From Blastocatellales bacterium (GTDB lineage: Bacteria; Acidobacteriota; Blastocatellia; RBC074), in NCBI GenBank assembly GCA_050247435.1, contig JBFWUF010000008.1:22704-86703 (forward strand): a DNA stretch of 64,000 nucleotides, written 5' to 3'. Position numbers and translations under genes: made by a program. The notes below the pieces were generated by a model. The model saw only the letters and a program-made list of their open reading frames with translations, did not search any database and was not told the origin of the DNA. Position 1 is the first letter of the stretch, and each line of letters opens with the position of its first letter. Shown here piece after piece: positions 36,406 through 46,623 of this stretch.

Positions 36406-38085
36406 CTAGCCCTCGTCGCCCAACTCAGAGATGCGGCTCAGCGCCAGCCCCAGTTTGGGCAGATCGAAGACGTTGCGATAGACGACGTAGCGCGGCTCCC
36501 AGAAATCGGCGAACTTCGCCTTGTAAGTCTTCAGCCCGCTGAAGCTGAAGAGAAAGTTCAACCGCTGGAAAAACGAATGCACGGCTTTTTCTGCCGCCGA
36601 AGCCTCTTCGCGTTCCTGGAACCCTGCCATCGGAGCCATTCCCAGGTTGAAGCGCGTGAAGCCCTGCTCCTTGCACACCAGGAAGAGCTTGATGAAAAGG
36701 TAATCCATGATTCCGTTCGGCGCTTGCAATCGGTGGCGCATCAGGTCAATCGTCACTTCGCCGGGGTGATACGATTGGATCAGGTTGACGAAGGCGAGAA
36801 CCCGTCCCTCTTGATCTTCCGCCGTGAAAACAGGCGTCGTGCGCAGGTAATCCGGCTCGAAGCGTCCGAGCGTGAATTTGCGCTCGCGCTTGCCTGGGAG
36901 TTGCAGCCATTCATCCGACACTTCGCGCAATCGCCCGATCAACTCGTCTGGATTCGGCGCGTCGTATCGCCGCAAATGCACGCCTTGTTTTTCGAGCTGG
37001 CCCACGCGCTGGCGAAATCGCTTCATCTCCCTGCCTTCCAGCGTGAACGTCGTTAGGTCAACGATGGCGTCGTCGCCGATCTTCAGCTTCTTGAACCCAG
37101 CCTGACGATAGAGTGGCAGCAGATCAGGCAGCGTCTGATGCCAGGCGACGGCCCAGCCGTTCTCTTCGCAAAATTGTTTGAACGCGCGGATCGTTCCAGC
37201 CAGACTCTCCGCCGGGCCGGTCGGATCGCCTAGCGTGACCGCCACATTCGCGCCGACGCTATAGGCGATGAAGCAGTCCCTTGTCGAATTGAAGAAGTAA
37301 GACTTGTCCGGCCACAGCTTGAAATAATCCAGCGAGGTGCGCCCGTATTGATCGAGCAACTCTTTCGCGCGTTCCCGCTCCCGCGGCAGGGCGCCAAAGC
37401 GATAGAGGATTGGGCGAAAGAGCGAAAACAAACCATAGCCGATGAGCACAATCGTCAACACATTCAGCGAATCGAGAAACCACGCGGCATAGCGCGTCTG
37501 AGGCGCGAGCGTTGGATCTCCGACGAGGAGCAGATACAGCAACGTGCGATGAATCGAATCCAGCCAGTCGAAGTTGACGCCAAACTCATGGGGTTCGAGC
37601 AGCCAGAAACCCGCGACGCCGTAAGCGAACGCCGCCAGCACGGCGACCACAAAACGCAACCCGGCGGTGCGCCAGTTCATTCCGCGACTCCTGACCGTGA
37701 AACTTCGCCGCGCGTAAAGCAGCGCGGCGACGAGCGCCAGCGAAAAGACCGCCTGCCACTGGTGATGGTCTTTGAACAGATGAAACAGGGCTGAGAAACA
37801 GGCCAACCCCAGCACAATCTGCCAGGCGCGCCGTTTCCGCCGGTAAACGTTGACCGCCGAAACGATCAGCGCCAAACCGATTAGCAACGCGAAGGAACGA
37901 GGGATGTGGAAGAACTCGAACGGGACGATCTCACGCAAAAACGGATGGGGCGTGTGCCGCGCGGGGTGAACCGCCGTGTACAAGTTCATCAATCCGCTCA
38001 GCAGCGTAATCAGTGTGATAGCGAAAATTGATGCATTCTTTCTGGTCATGAACATTGAGATTCCTTTCGCGAAACTTCGGAGCAA
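36406..38085 (-). CDS. mprF: short MprF-like phosphatidylglycerol lysyltransferase (TM region + C-terminal DUF2156 aminoacyl-PG synthase domain)
   Basis: 559 aa with ~6 N-terminal TM helices. The C-terminal domain has the pattern of the LPG-synthase C-domain (FLDSLNVLT...DYFKLWPDKSYFF...GDPTGP...FNLGMAPMAG). Confidence 0.8.
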   Translation of the reverse strand: MLRSFAKGISMFMTRKNASIFAITLITLLSGLMNLYTAVHPARHTPHPFLREIVPFEFFHIPRSFALLIGLALIVSAVNVYRRKRRAWQIVLGLACFSALFHLFKDHHQWQAVFSLALVAALLYARRSFTVRSRGMNWRTAGLRFVVAVLAAFAYGVAGFWLLEPHEFGVNFDWLDSIHRTLLYLLLVGDPTLAPQTRYAAWFLDSLNVLTIVLIGYGLFSLFRPILYRFGALPRERERAKELLDQYGRTSLDYFKLWPDKSYFFNSTRDCFIAYSVGANVAVTLGDPTGPAESLAGTIRAFKQFCEENGWAVAWHQTLPDLLPLYRQAGFKKLKIGDDAIVDLTTFTLEGREMKRFRQRVGQLEKQGVHLRRYDAPNPDELIGRLREVSDEWLQLPGKRERKFTLGRFEPDYLRTTPVFTAEDQEGRVLAFVNLIQSYHPGEVTIDLMRHRLQAPNGIMDYLFIKLFLVCKEQGFTRFNLGMAPMAGFQEREEASAAEKAVHSFFQRLNFLFSFSGLKTYKAKFADFWEPRYVVYRNVFDLPKLGLALSRISELGDEG

Positions 38086-38270
38086 TCAATTGAGCAAGCG
38101 AAATGCCAGTGTCCAAAACGCCGAAATCCTTTTACTTTCGCGCCGCAGTGGTCTTCGACAACGACTCTTCCGCCACGTTCCGTGCGCGTCCTGACATTTG
38201 CGCCTCAAAGAGCGCCGCGGCGCTCAAATCCGCGTGATGAGTTGATTCGGCTTTGCTACGATAGGCGTGA

Positions 38271-40595
38271 ATGAAACCCCTCAGATTGCATACAAAAACG
38301 GCTTTCCTCGTGTCGGCCATTACGCTGGCGATGTTCATGGCGACGCTGCTCCTGGTCAGCGTGCGAATGGCCAGTCTGGTGAGCGAAGACGAAAAGGCGC
38401 TGGCCCGATTGCAGGCGATCAGTCTGGCGGAACAGATCAGCCTGATGCCGGCGTCGCGCAACCAGGACGACATCAATCGCGCGGTTTCGCAGGCGCGCGC
38501 CGCGCGTCCGAACGTAGTTTCCGTGCGCGTTTGGAAGCAGACCGGCGATGGGCTGGTCGAAAGCGCCGCCGCTGGTGATTTCGCTGCGCAGGAGAATCCG
38601 CCGAAAGAGATACATGATTACGCGACTGCCGCGATACACCGTCGCGACGGAGCGACCGGAATCATCCCGCCGCGCGATTTCACAGTCGAGAAAGAGCATG
38701 AAATTCATTACCACGTTTTTACGCCGGTCACCGAGCAAGGCAGGTTTTATGGAATCGTGGAGGTGACGGAGCGGCTGGATAACATTCCCTCCATCGTCCG
38801 GCGGTTCGCCCAAACAGCCGCGTTGCTTGCGCTCACCGCTTTCGTGTTGACGATGCTCGCGATTTACACGTTGTTCCGGTATCTGATCTACCGCCCGATG
38901 AATGAACTTGACGGGGCGATGGAGCAGGTCAAAGAAGGCTCGCTTGAAATACGAATTCCGGTTTCGAGTGAAGACGAATTTGGTCGCCTGGCAGCAGGAT
39001 TCAACCGGATGATCAGGCGCATCCGCGAATTGACCCGCGAGCGCGAGGCGCAAGCCGTGACCTTGCAAGAGCGCGTCCGCGAGGCGACCGCCGAAACCCG
39101 CGCGGCGGCGGAACGCTATCGCCTGATCTTCGACAGCAACCCGTTGCCGATGTGGGTTTATGATTCCACAACCCTGCGGTTTTTTACTGTGAATGAAGCC
39201 GCCGTGCAAAATTACGGCTGGACGCGCGAGGAGTTTCTGCGGATGACCGTCGAAGACATCTGCTTGCCGGAAGACCGCGCCAAACTGCTGGCGGATGTGG
39301 CGCGGCATCAACGAAAAGACGAATCGTTGATTGACGTGGAGCTTTTGTCGCACGACCTGATGTTCGAAGGGCGGCGGGCGCGTCTGGTGATTGCGGCGGA
39401 TGTGACGGAAAAGAAGCGCATCGAGGCCGGCTTGATGCGTTCTCAGCGGCTCGAATCCCTGGGCACGCTCGCCAGCGGCATCGCGCACGATCTCAACAAC
39501 ATCCTTTCGCCGCTCTCGATCTCGACTTTTCTGTTGCGTTCGAAAGTCTCCGACCGGAGCGGGCAGCAGACGCTCGACACCATGGAAGAAGTCGTCGAAC
39601 GCGGCAGCCAACTGGTCAAACAGGTGCTCTCGTTCGCCCGCGGCGCGGAGGGCGAGCGCGTCCCGCTCGATCCAAAACGCGTACTTGGCGAAGTGGCCGG
39701 CATTCTCAAAGAGACTTTCCCGAAATCCATTCGTATTCAATGCAATGGGGCTGGAGTGCGCGGAACCGTGCTCTGCGACCCGACGCAACTGCATCAGGTG
39801 TTGATGAACCTTTGCGTCAACGCGCGCGATGCAATGCCGCGGGGAGGCGACCTGGAGATCACGGCGGAGGATGTCGAGCTTGACGAGCATTCCGCGCAAT
39901 TGCTGCCGGGCGCGAAACCGGGCAGGTATGTGATGATCTCGGTCAGAGACGCCGGCGTGGGCATTCCCGCGCGGGTGATGGACAAAATCTTCGATCCGTT
40001 CTTCACGACAAAAGAGCAAGGCAAAGGCACGGGCCTGGGCCTGTCAACCAGCCTGGGCATCGTGCGCGGCCACGGCGGATTCATCAACGTTTACAGCGAA
40101 CCCGGAACCGGCACGCTGTTCAAAGTCTATTTGCCAACGCTCGACGCCGGGGCCGAGGCATCGGAACAGAAGGCGGAGGACGAAGCGCCACTGGGCACCG
40201 GCGAATTGATTCTGCTGGTAGACGACGAAGAGCCGATCCGCCGCACCACGCGCGGCCTGCTCGAAGCGTCCAATTACCGTGTCATCACGGCTTCAGACGG
40301 CGGCGAGGCTTGCGCGCTGTATCGCGAGAGGCAAGAGGAGATCAAACTTGTGCTGACCGATATGATGATGCCGGTGATGGATGGCGCGGCGGCGATCAAG
40401 GAACTGCGCCGCCTCAATCCACGCTTGCCGATCATTGCCAGCAGTGGGTTGGCTGAAACCGGCAAGGAAGGGCAGGCGCTGGCCTCGGGCGCGCAAAAGT
40501 TTTTGTCGAAGCCATACACGGCTGTGCATTTGTTGCGGGCTGTGCATAAATTGCTGCGCGACGGCCACCCCAACTCCGATCAAGAGGAAAAATAG
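38271..40595 (+). CDS. hybrid sensor histidine kinase/response regulator (TM-HAMP-PAS-HisKA-HATPase-REC)
   Basis: TM and HAMP. PAS ([14 protein letters not shown]). HisKA ([14 protein letters not shown]). HATPase ([16 protein letters not shown]). C-terminal REC ([18 protein letters not shown]). Confidence 0.9.
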   Translation: MKPLRLHTKTAFLVSAITLAMFMATLLLVSVRMASLVSEDEKALARLQAISLAEQISLMPASRNQDDINRAVSQARAARPNVVSVRVWKQTGDGLVESAAAGDFAAQENPPKEIHDYATAAIHRRDGATGIIPPRDFTVEKEHEIHYHVFTPVTEQGRFYGIVEVTERLDNIPSIVRRFAQTAALLALTAFVLTMLAIYTLFRYLIYRPMNELDGAMEQVKEGSLEIRIPVSSEDEFGRLAAGFNRMIRRIRELTREREAQAVTLQERVREATAETRAAAERYRLIFDSNPLPMWVYDSTTLRFFTVNEAAVQNYGWTREEFLRMTVEDICLPEDRAKLLADVARHQRKDESLIDVELLSHDLMFEGRRARLVIAADVTEKKRIEAGLMRSQRLESLGTLASGIAHDLNNILSPLSISTFLLRSKVSDRSGQQTLDTMEEVVERGSQLVKQVLSFARGAEGERVPLDPKRVLGEVAGILKETFPKSIRIQCNGAGVRGTVLCDPTQLHQVLMNLCVNARDAMPRGGDLEITAEDVELDEHSAQLLPGAKPGRYVMISVRDAGVGIPARVMDKIFDPFFTTKEQGKGTGLGLSTSLGIVRGHGGFINVYSEPGTGTLFKVYLPTLDAGAEASEQKAEDEAPLGTGELILLVDDEEPIRRTTRGLLEASNYRVITASDGGEACALYRERQEEIKLVLTDMMMPVMDGAAAIKELRRLNPRLPIIASSGLAETGKEGQALASGAQKFLSKPYTAVHLLRAVHKLLRDGHPNSDQEEK

Positions 40596-41972
40596 ATGAA
40601 ACGCATTCTGATCATTGATGACGACCGCGCATCGTGCAACCTTTTGCGTGAGTTGTTCAAATCCCAGGGCTGGGAAGCTGAAACCGCGCAGACGCCGCAA
40701 CAGGCGTTGGATTTGGTCTCGCGCGGGAAATTCGATCTGCTGCTGAGCGACATCAACCTGCAAGCCGAACTGTCGGGCATTGATTTGTTGAAGCAGTTGC
40801 GAGGCGAGGCTCCGGTGATCCTGATGACGGGCTACGGCACGCTCGACACTGCTGTCGCCGCTGCGCGTGAAGGCGCATGGGACATCATCTCGAAGCCGAT
40901 TAAGCCGCACGAACTGCTGGCAATGGTCGAGCGAGCGATTGAAAGCAAGTCGAGGCAGGATGAAGAATCCGAGGCTGCCAACGCGCCGGATGATAATCAG
41001 GCGATGGTCGGACGCTCGCCCGCCATGCTCGAACTTTATAAACAGATCGCCAGGGTTGCGCCGTCGCGTTCCACCGTGCTGATCGTTGGCGAATCTGGCA
41101 CGGGCAAGGAACTCATCGCCCGTTCGATTCACCAGCACAGCGAGCGCCCCAAAGGCCCCTTCGTGCCGGTCAACTGCGGCGCGCTGACGGAAACCCTGCT
41201 CGAAGCCGAACTCTTCGGATTCGTGAAAGGCTCGTTCACCGGCGCGGCGGCGGATCGTAAGGGGCTGTGGGAAGAGGCTGCGGGCGGCACACTCTTCCTG
41301 GATGAGATCGGCGAAACGTCTCCGGCGATGCAGGTCAAGCTGCTGCGCGCTCTGCAGGAGAAAGAGATTCGCCGCGTCGGCTCGACAAAAAATATCAAGG
41401 TGGACGCCCGCGTCGTCGCCGCAACCAACCGCGACCTGGAAAAAGAAGTCGCGGCGAAAACCTTCCGCGAGGATTTGTTCTACCGCCTGAGCGTGGTCGC
41501 GTTGCAGGCACCTGCATTGCGCGAGCGACGCAGCGACATCCCGCTGCTCGCCGCACGGTTTCTCAGCAGCGCGGCGGAAAACGCGCGGCGCGACACACTC
41601 ACGCTTCCCGAGGAAACCATCAAGACGCTGGCCGCTTACGACTGGCCGGGCAATGTGCGCGAATTGGAATCAGCGATTGAATATGCCGCGCTGCAATCTC
41701 GCGGAGCCGAGATCACGCCCGCCGACCTGCCGCCGAAACTGCAATCCGACGAAGTGCGCGAGGCCGCCGAGCGTTCGCCGCTCACAGCCTTGTTTGACGA
41801 TCTCCCCACGCTCGATGAACTCGAACGCCGCTACCTGCTGCACGTCCTGGAAGTGGCCGGCGGCAGTCGAACGAACGCCGCAAAAGTGATGGGCATTGAC
41901 CGGCGCACGCTGTACCGCATGGCGGAACGTTTCAAAATCAGGCTGGATGAGGGCGAGAACGAGAGCGAATGA
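40596..41972 (+). CDS. sigma-54-dependent Fis-family response regulator (NtrC-like enhancer-binding protein)
   Basis: REC (ILIIDDD, LLLSDINL). AAA+ sigma-54 interaction domain (GESGTGKE, ESELFGFVKGSFTGA, TLFLDEIG). C-terminal Fis-type HTH (TNAAKVMGIDRRTLYR). Confidence 0.9.
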   Translation: MKRILIIDDDRASCNLLRELFKSQGWEAETAQTPQQALDLVSRGKFDLLLSDINLQAELSGIDLLKQLRGEAPVILMTGYGTLDTAVAAAREGAWDIISKPIKPHELLAMVERAIESKSRQDEESEAANAPDDNQAMVGRSPAMLELYKQIARVAPSRSTVLIVGESGTGKELIARSIHQHSERPKGPFVPVNCGALTETLLEAELFGFVKGSFTGAAADRKGLWEEAAGGTLFLDEIGETSPAMQVKLLRALQEKEIRRVGSTKNIKVDARVVAATNRDLEKEVAAKTFREDLFYRLSVVALQAPALRERRSDIPLLAARFLSSAAENARRDTLTLPEETIKTLAAYDWPGNVRELESAIEYAALQSRGAEITPADLPPKLQSDEVREAAERSPLTALFDDLPTLDELERRYLLHVLEVAGGSRTNAAKVMGIDRRTLYRMAERFKIRLDEGENESE

Positions 41973-41974
41973 GT

Positions 41975-43207
41975 CTACCTCTTGGCGCTTTTGTGTTTGA
42001 CTTTTACGATCTGGCCATCGTCCGCGCTGATTCCAATTTCGGTGACTTCCATCTCTGAGCGAATCTTGAACTCGTAAACAAGCTTGCCGTCTTTGCGTTT
42101 CATCTCGCTGCTTTCGACTGTGCCGGGAACCGTTTTGAGCGCGATCGTTCGCGCTTCCTCCCGGGTCATTTTTATCGCGGCGGGCGAAGTCGTTTTAACG
42201 GTTGCGACGGCTGGCTGAGAATCCAGCGGCGGTTTGGCCTCTTGAAGCACTGGGGACGACGTCGGCCTGGCGACTTCCGCGGCGATGGCTGCCAATGCCA
42301 GGCTGCGCCCTCTCGTAATCGCCCCTTGATCGAGAATGTTGCCCGCCGCGTCCACCGCCCGGAAAGAGAGTTTTTCGGGCGCTATCTCAACGTACATAAA
42401 ACTGCCAACTTCGTCGTTTCCGGCGGCAAAGAACTCGCTTCGGCGGTTGAGGTCGCCGCGTCGCAACTTTCCGCTGCCCGCGCCCGCGACAAAATACTGA
42501 ACGCCTTGTTGCGGTTTTACGCGCTCGTAAACGTGATCGTGGCCGGAGAAGACCGCAGCCACTCCGAAGCGCACGAAGAGCGGCTCAAGCTGCCTGCGCA
42601 GATTCAGGTCCGAGCCGTGCGTCCTTCCTGACGAGTAAAGCGGGTGATGAAAATAAACGATTTTCCAACTCGCTTTTGACGCGACCAGCGCATCCGTCAG
42701 CCATTTCAATTGCGCGCTGTCGAACGCCGTAGAATCGAGCGCGAAGAACTCAACCAGACCGTCGCCCTTGGTGAATGAATAGTAGGCTCGCCCGCCCATG
42801 TTGAACTGAGAATAGTTGATCTGCGCTTCGCGTCCTCTCCGGACGTCGTGATTGCCGAGCGAGGCGTAAAAGTGAACGCCGCTTCGCAACAACTCCGCAT
42901 ACGGTTTTTCAAACTTCGCCGGGAGGTCAGCCGAATTTCCGTCGGGATAAATGTTGTCGCCCAGTGTTAGCGCCGTGTCGAAATGGTATTCCATTTGATA
43001 AACGGCCATTCGTCTGGCTAGGGCGTATTGATCGCTGTCGCCGGTTCCCATATCGCCGAACGCAATGAATCGCACAACAGGCTCCTGCGTTCGATCAACC
43101 TTCCGAACATTATTGACGAGGCTGCCGCCGTTGCTCTGTGCGAAAGCGTATGCCGTGAATGCTAAAAGCAGGGCGATAGAGTTGAGGATCCCGATTCTCC
43201 TGTTCAT
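41975..43207 (-). CDS. secreted calcineurin-like metallophosphoesterase with C-terminal PepSY domain
   Basis: Signal peptide. Motifs GDMG, GDNIY and GNHD. The C-terminal ~70 aa (EARTIALKTVPGTVESSEMKRKDGKLVYEFKI...) are PepSY-like. Confidence 0.8.
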   Translation of the reverse strand: MNRRIGILNSIALLLAFTAYAFAQSNGGSLVNNVRKVDRTQEPVVRFIAFGDMGTGDSDQYALARRMAVYQMEYHFDTALTLGDNIYPDGNSADLPAKFEKPYAELLRSGVHFYASLGNHDVRRGREAQINYSQFNMGGRAYYSFTKGDGLVEFFALDSTAFDSAQLKWLTDALVASKASWKIVYFHHPLYSSGRTHGSDLNLRRQLEPLFVRFGVAAVFSGHDHVYERVKPQQGVQYFVAGAGSGKLRRGDLNRRSEFFAAGNDEVGSFMYVEIAPEKLSFRAVDAAGNILDQGAITRGRSLALAAIAAEVARPTSSPVLQEAKPPLDSQPAVATVKTTSPAAIKMTREEARTIALKTVPGTVESSEMKRKDGKLVYEFKIRSEMEVTEIGISADDGQIVKVKHKSAKR

Positions 43208-43300
43208 TTCTCCTCCATGAATTCTGGTTGACTTAGGTTCGCGCCAGGGGCAATGCGGCGCGAGAGATCACTGACTGAGACGAGAGAGTACCAAGGAGTA

Positions 43301-43318
43301 GATAAACAGAGGATAAAC
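43301..43318. promoter_or_regulatory. candidate response-regulator box (copy 3 of 5) upstream of the metallophosphoesterase gene
   Basis: GATAAACAGAGGATAAAC, with the flanks GGAG...AGGAGTTG shared with the box at 23742. About 94 bp upstream of the ATG at 43207. Confidence 0.45.
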
Positions 43319-43492
43319 TCAGGAGTTGCGGCTTGTTGGATTGATGAATGTCGGTTCTTCGAGCTTGTCGCCTAATCTCCAATCGAAGCCTTTTCTCCCT
43401 CATCGGCGAGACGACGCGGTGAAAGTTTCCCTCTTGCCTCGCCAAACTTCTTCACAGTTTCGAGCGAGCTCGTAACTGTGAAGACGAGGTGA

Positions 43493-46400
43493 TTAGTCAC
43501 CCGTGGAAGCCAGTTCTCCCCCATCGCCATATTTATCCGTTGTAGCCAGTACCGCTGCCTCTCCGTATTTCAGATATAACGCGGGGATCACGATCATATT
43601 CAGCAAGGTCGAAGTGACGATGCCGCCGAGAATGACGACGGCCATCGGCTGCTGAATCTCGCGGCCCGGCTGGCCGGCGCCAAGCGCGAGCGGGACGAGG
43701 CCGATGCCGGTGACAAGCGCCGTCATCAGGATTGGGCTCAAGCGTTCCATTGATCCCTGCACAATCGCCTCGCGGAAGCTCAGGCCTTCTTCTTCCATCA
43801 AGTGTTGGTAATGGCTGATGAGCATGATCCCGTTGCGCGTGGCGATGCCGAAGAGCGTAATGAAGCCGACGAGCGAGGCAATCGAGAGCGTGCCGCCCGA
43901 CAGGAAGACCATCACCACGCCGCCGATCAGCGACAGCGGCAGGTTCGCCATCACCAGCAGCGCCGGGCGCACCTGTTTAAGCGCCATATAAAGTAGCAGG
44001 AAGATGCCGCCGACAGCGACAATGGAAAGCAACGTGATCTGGCGCGCAGCCTTCTCCTGCGCCTCGAACTGCCCGCCGTACTGCACGAAGTACCCTTGTG
44101 GCAGCGCGACTCTGCCGGTGATAGCGGCGCGTACGTCGGCGATGACGCTCCCCAAATCCCTGCCCGCGACGTTGGCCTGGACAATGATGCGTCGCTGCAC
44201 GTTTTCGCGGTTGATCGTGTTCGGCCCCTGATCGGTGCGGACTTCGGCGACCTGGGCGACGGGGACTTTCGCGCCCGAGGGCGTGTCAAGCAGCGTGCGG
44301 CTGATCGCCTCGACAGACTGGCGGGCGGAATCGTTGAAACGCACCATCACGTCGTATGTCCGCTGCTCTTCCAGCACCTGTGAAACTGCTTCGCCATTGA
44401 AGGCGATTTCAACCGTTTGGGCGAGATCCGCGGCGCTCAAGGCCACGGCGGCGGCGGCTTGGCGGTTCAGGTTGATCTGCACCTGCGGCACGCCGACCTG
44501 CGGCTCGACCAGCAGGTCAACGACGCCGGGCACGGTCGCCATCGCGTCACGAATCTCCCCCGCTTTGTTGCGGAGCGTGGCGAGGTCAGGGCCGAAGAGC
44601 TTGATCGCAATCTGCGCGCGCGTGCCGGAAAGCAGGTGGTCAATGCGGTGCGAGATGGGCTGACCGACTTCCGCCTCGACGCCGGGAATCTGCGCGAGTT
44701 TCTGCCGCACTTCTTCCATCACTATGGAATGTTTCCGGTCGGCTTCTTTTGTGACGACTTCAAGCTCGCTGGTGTTGACACCCGCCGCGTGCTCGTCGAG
44801 TTCGGCGCGCCCCGTGCGTCGGGTCGTCGTGACGACTTCGGGAACCTGGCGCAGCACTCCCTCGATGATATTGCCGATGCGGTTCGACTCCTGCAGCGAT
44901 GTGCCGGGCGGCAGGTTCGCGTTGATGTTCAGCGTGCCTTCGTTGAAGGGCGGCAGGAACTCGCGGCCCATTAACGGGAATAACGACACAGCAATGAGCA
45001 GCATCATCGCCGAAGCCCCAATGATCCGGTACGGGTGGCGCAACGTCCAATCGAGCAGACGCGCGTAGTGGCGCTTGAGCCAGGTGACGAGCCACGAATC
45101 CTTTTCGTCGTGCAGCACTTCGGCGCGGCGCAGCAAGTAAAAGCACAGCACTGGCGTGACGGTCAGCGCGACGACAAGCGAGGCCGCAACCGAAATGATG
45201 TAGGCGAAGGCGAGCGGCGCGAACATCCGGCCTTCAAAACCGCTTAAGGAAAAGAGTGGCAGGAAGACCAGCACGATAATCAGCGTGGCGAAGACGATTG
45301 AATTCCTGATCTCGCTCGACGCCCGGAAGATAACCCTGGCGACGGGTTCGGGCGCGGGTAAGTGCGCGTTCAGCTTCAAACGGCGGAAGACGTTCTCGAC
45401 ATCCACAATCGCGTCGTCAACCAACTCTCCGATGGCGATGGCCAGCCCGCCCAGCGTCATCGTGTTGATGCTGATGCCGAAGTAACTCATCGCCAGAATC
45501 GCGGTGATGAGCGAGAGCGGGATCGCCGTCAGACTGATGAACGTCGTGCGGAAGTTCATCAGGAACAGGAACAGCACGACGGTCACGAGAACGCCGCCTT
45601 CGACGAGCGCGCGGTTGACGTTGCCGATGGCTCGTTTGATGAAATCGGCCTGCTGGAAGGCTTTTGTGTCAATCATCACATCGGGCGGCAGCGAAGTTTT
45701 CAGGTTCGCCAGCGTGGTTTCAATTTGTTCGGAGACCTCAAGTGTATTGGCGTTCGGCTGTTTCTGGATTGTCGCCACGACCGCCGGTTGCCCGTTGAAG
45801 CTGCCGTCGCCGCGCTTGAGCGCCGCGCCCGTTTTCACCTCCGCCACATTCTTGACGAGGATCGGCGCGCCGTCGCGCACGGTGATGACTGAGTCCGCCA
45901 AATCGTCGGGCGAGTAGACGCGCCCGCGCCCGCGAATCAGAAACTCTTCGTTCGGTTGTTCGAGGAAGCCGCCCGCCGCATTCGCGTTGGACGCGCTCAC
46001 GGCCTTCGTCACTTGATCGAGCGTCAGGCGATAGTCCGCGAGCTTCGCCGGATCAACCAGCACCTGATATTGCTTCTTCTGCCCGCCGATAATCATCACC
46101 TGCGAGACGCCCGCGACGCCCAGCAGACGCGGGCGCACGACCCAGTCGGCGAGCGAACGCAGTTCCATCGGCGATGTCTGTTTGCTTGTCATCGAGATGA
46201 GCATGATCTCGCCCATCGTCGAGGAGATCGGCCCCAACACGGGCGGCGTCACTCCGGTGGGCAGACGCACTTGCTGCAATTTCTCGGTGACAAGCTGGCG
46301 CGCGCGGTAAATATCCGTGCCAAAGCTGAACTCGACGAAGACGATGGAGATGCCGATGGCCGAATTGGAGCGCACGCGAAAGACGCCCGCCGTGCCGTTC

Positions 46401-46618
46401 ATTGCCGATTCAATTGGCAGCGTAACCAGCGCTTCGACCTCTTCAGGCGCGAGGCCGTGCGACTCGGTGAGAATCGTCACGGTCGGCGCAGTCAGGTCTG
46501 GAAAGACATCTACCGGCGAGCGTAATGCGACGATGCCGCCGTAAATCAGCAGCGCGACGGCGGCCACGATCACGAGCAATCTGTTATTGAGCGACCACTG
46601 GATGATTTTGTTCAACAT
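43493..46618 (-). CDS. czcA: CusA/CzcA-family heavy-metal efflux RND permease (paralog 2)
   Basis: 1041 aa with HME-RND architecture. N-terminus LRSPVDVFPDLTAPTVTILTESHG. Confidence 0.95.
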   Translation of the reverse strand: MLNKIIQWSLNNRLLVIVAAVALLIYGGIVALRSPVDVFPDLTAPTVTILTESHGLAPEEVEALVTLPIESAMNGTAGVFRVRSNSAIGISIVFVEFSFGTDIYRARQLVTEKLQQVRLPTGVTPPVLGPISSTMGEIMLISMTSKQTSPMELRSLADWVVRPRLLGVAGVSQVMIIGGQKKQYQVLVDPAKLADYRLTLDQVTKAVSASNANAAGGFLEQPNEEFLIRGRGRVYSPDDLADSVITVRDGAPILVKNVAEVKTGAALKRGDGSFNGQPAVVATIQKQPNANTLEVSEQIETTLANLKTSLPPDVMIDTKAFQQADFIKRAIGNVNRALVEGGVLVTVVLFLFLMNFRTTFISLTAIPLSLITAILAMSYFGISINTMTLGGLAIAIGELVDDAIVDVENVFRRLKLNAHLPAPEPVARVIFRASSEIRNSIVFATLIIVLVFLPLFSLSGFEGRMFAPLAFAYIISVAASLVVALTVTPVLCFYLLRRAEVLHDEKDSWLVTWLKRHYARLLDWTLRHPYRIIGASAMMLLIAVSLFPLMGREFLPPFNEGTLNINANLPPGTSLQESNRIGNIIEGVLRQVPEVVTTTRRTGRAELDEHAAGVNTSELEVVTKEADRKHSIVMEEVRQKLAQIPGVEAEVGQPISHRIDHLLSGTRAQIAIKLFGPDLATLRNKAGEIRDAMATVPGVVDLLVEPQVGVPQVQINLNRQAAAAVALSAADLAQTVEIAFNGEAVSQVLEEQRTYDVMVRFNDSARQSVEAISRTLLDTPSGAKVPVAQVAEVRTDQGPNTINRENVQRRIIVQANVAGRDLGSVIADVRAAITGRVALPQGYFVQYGGQFEAQEKAARQITLLSIVAVGGIFLLLYMALKQVRPALLVMANLPLSLIGGVVMVFLSGGTLSIASLVGFITLFGIATRNGIMLISHYQHLMEEEGLSFREAIVQGSMERLSPILMTALVTGIGLVPLALGAGQPGREIQQPMAVVILGGIVTSTLLNMIVIPALYLKYGEAAVLATTDKYGDGGELASTGD

Positions 46619-46623
46619 AGATC

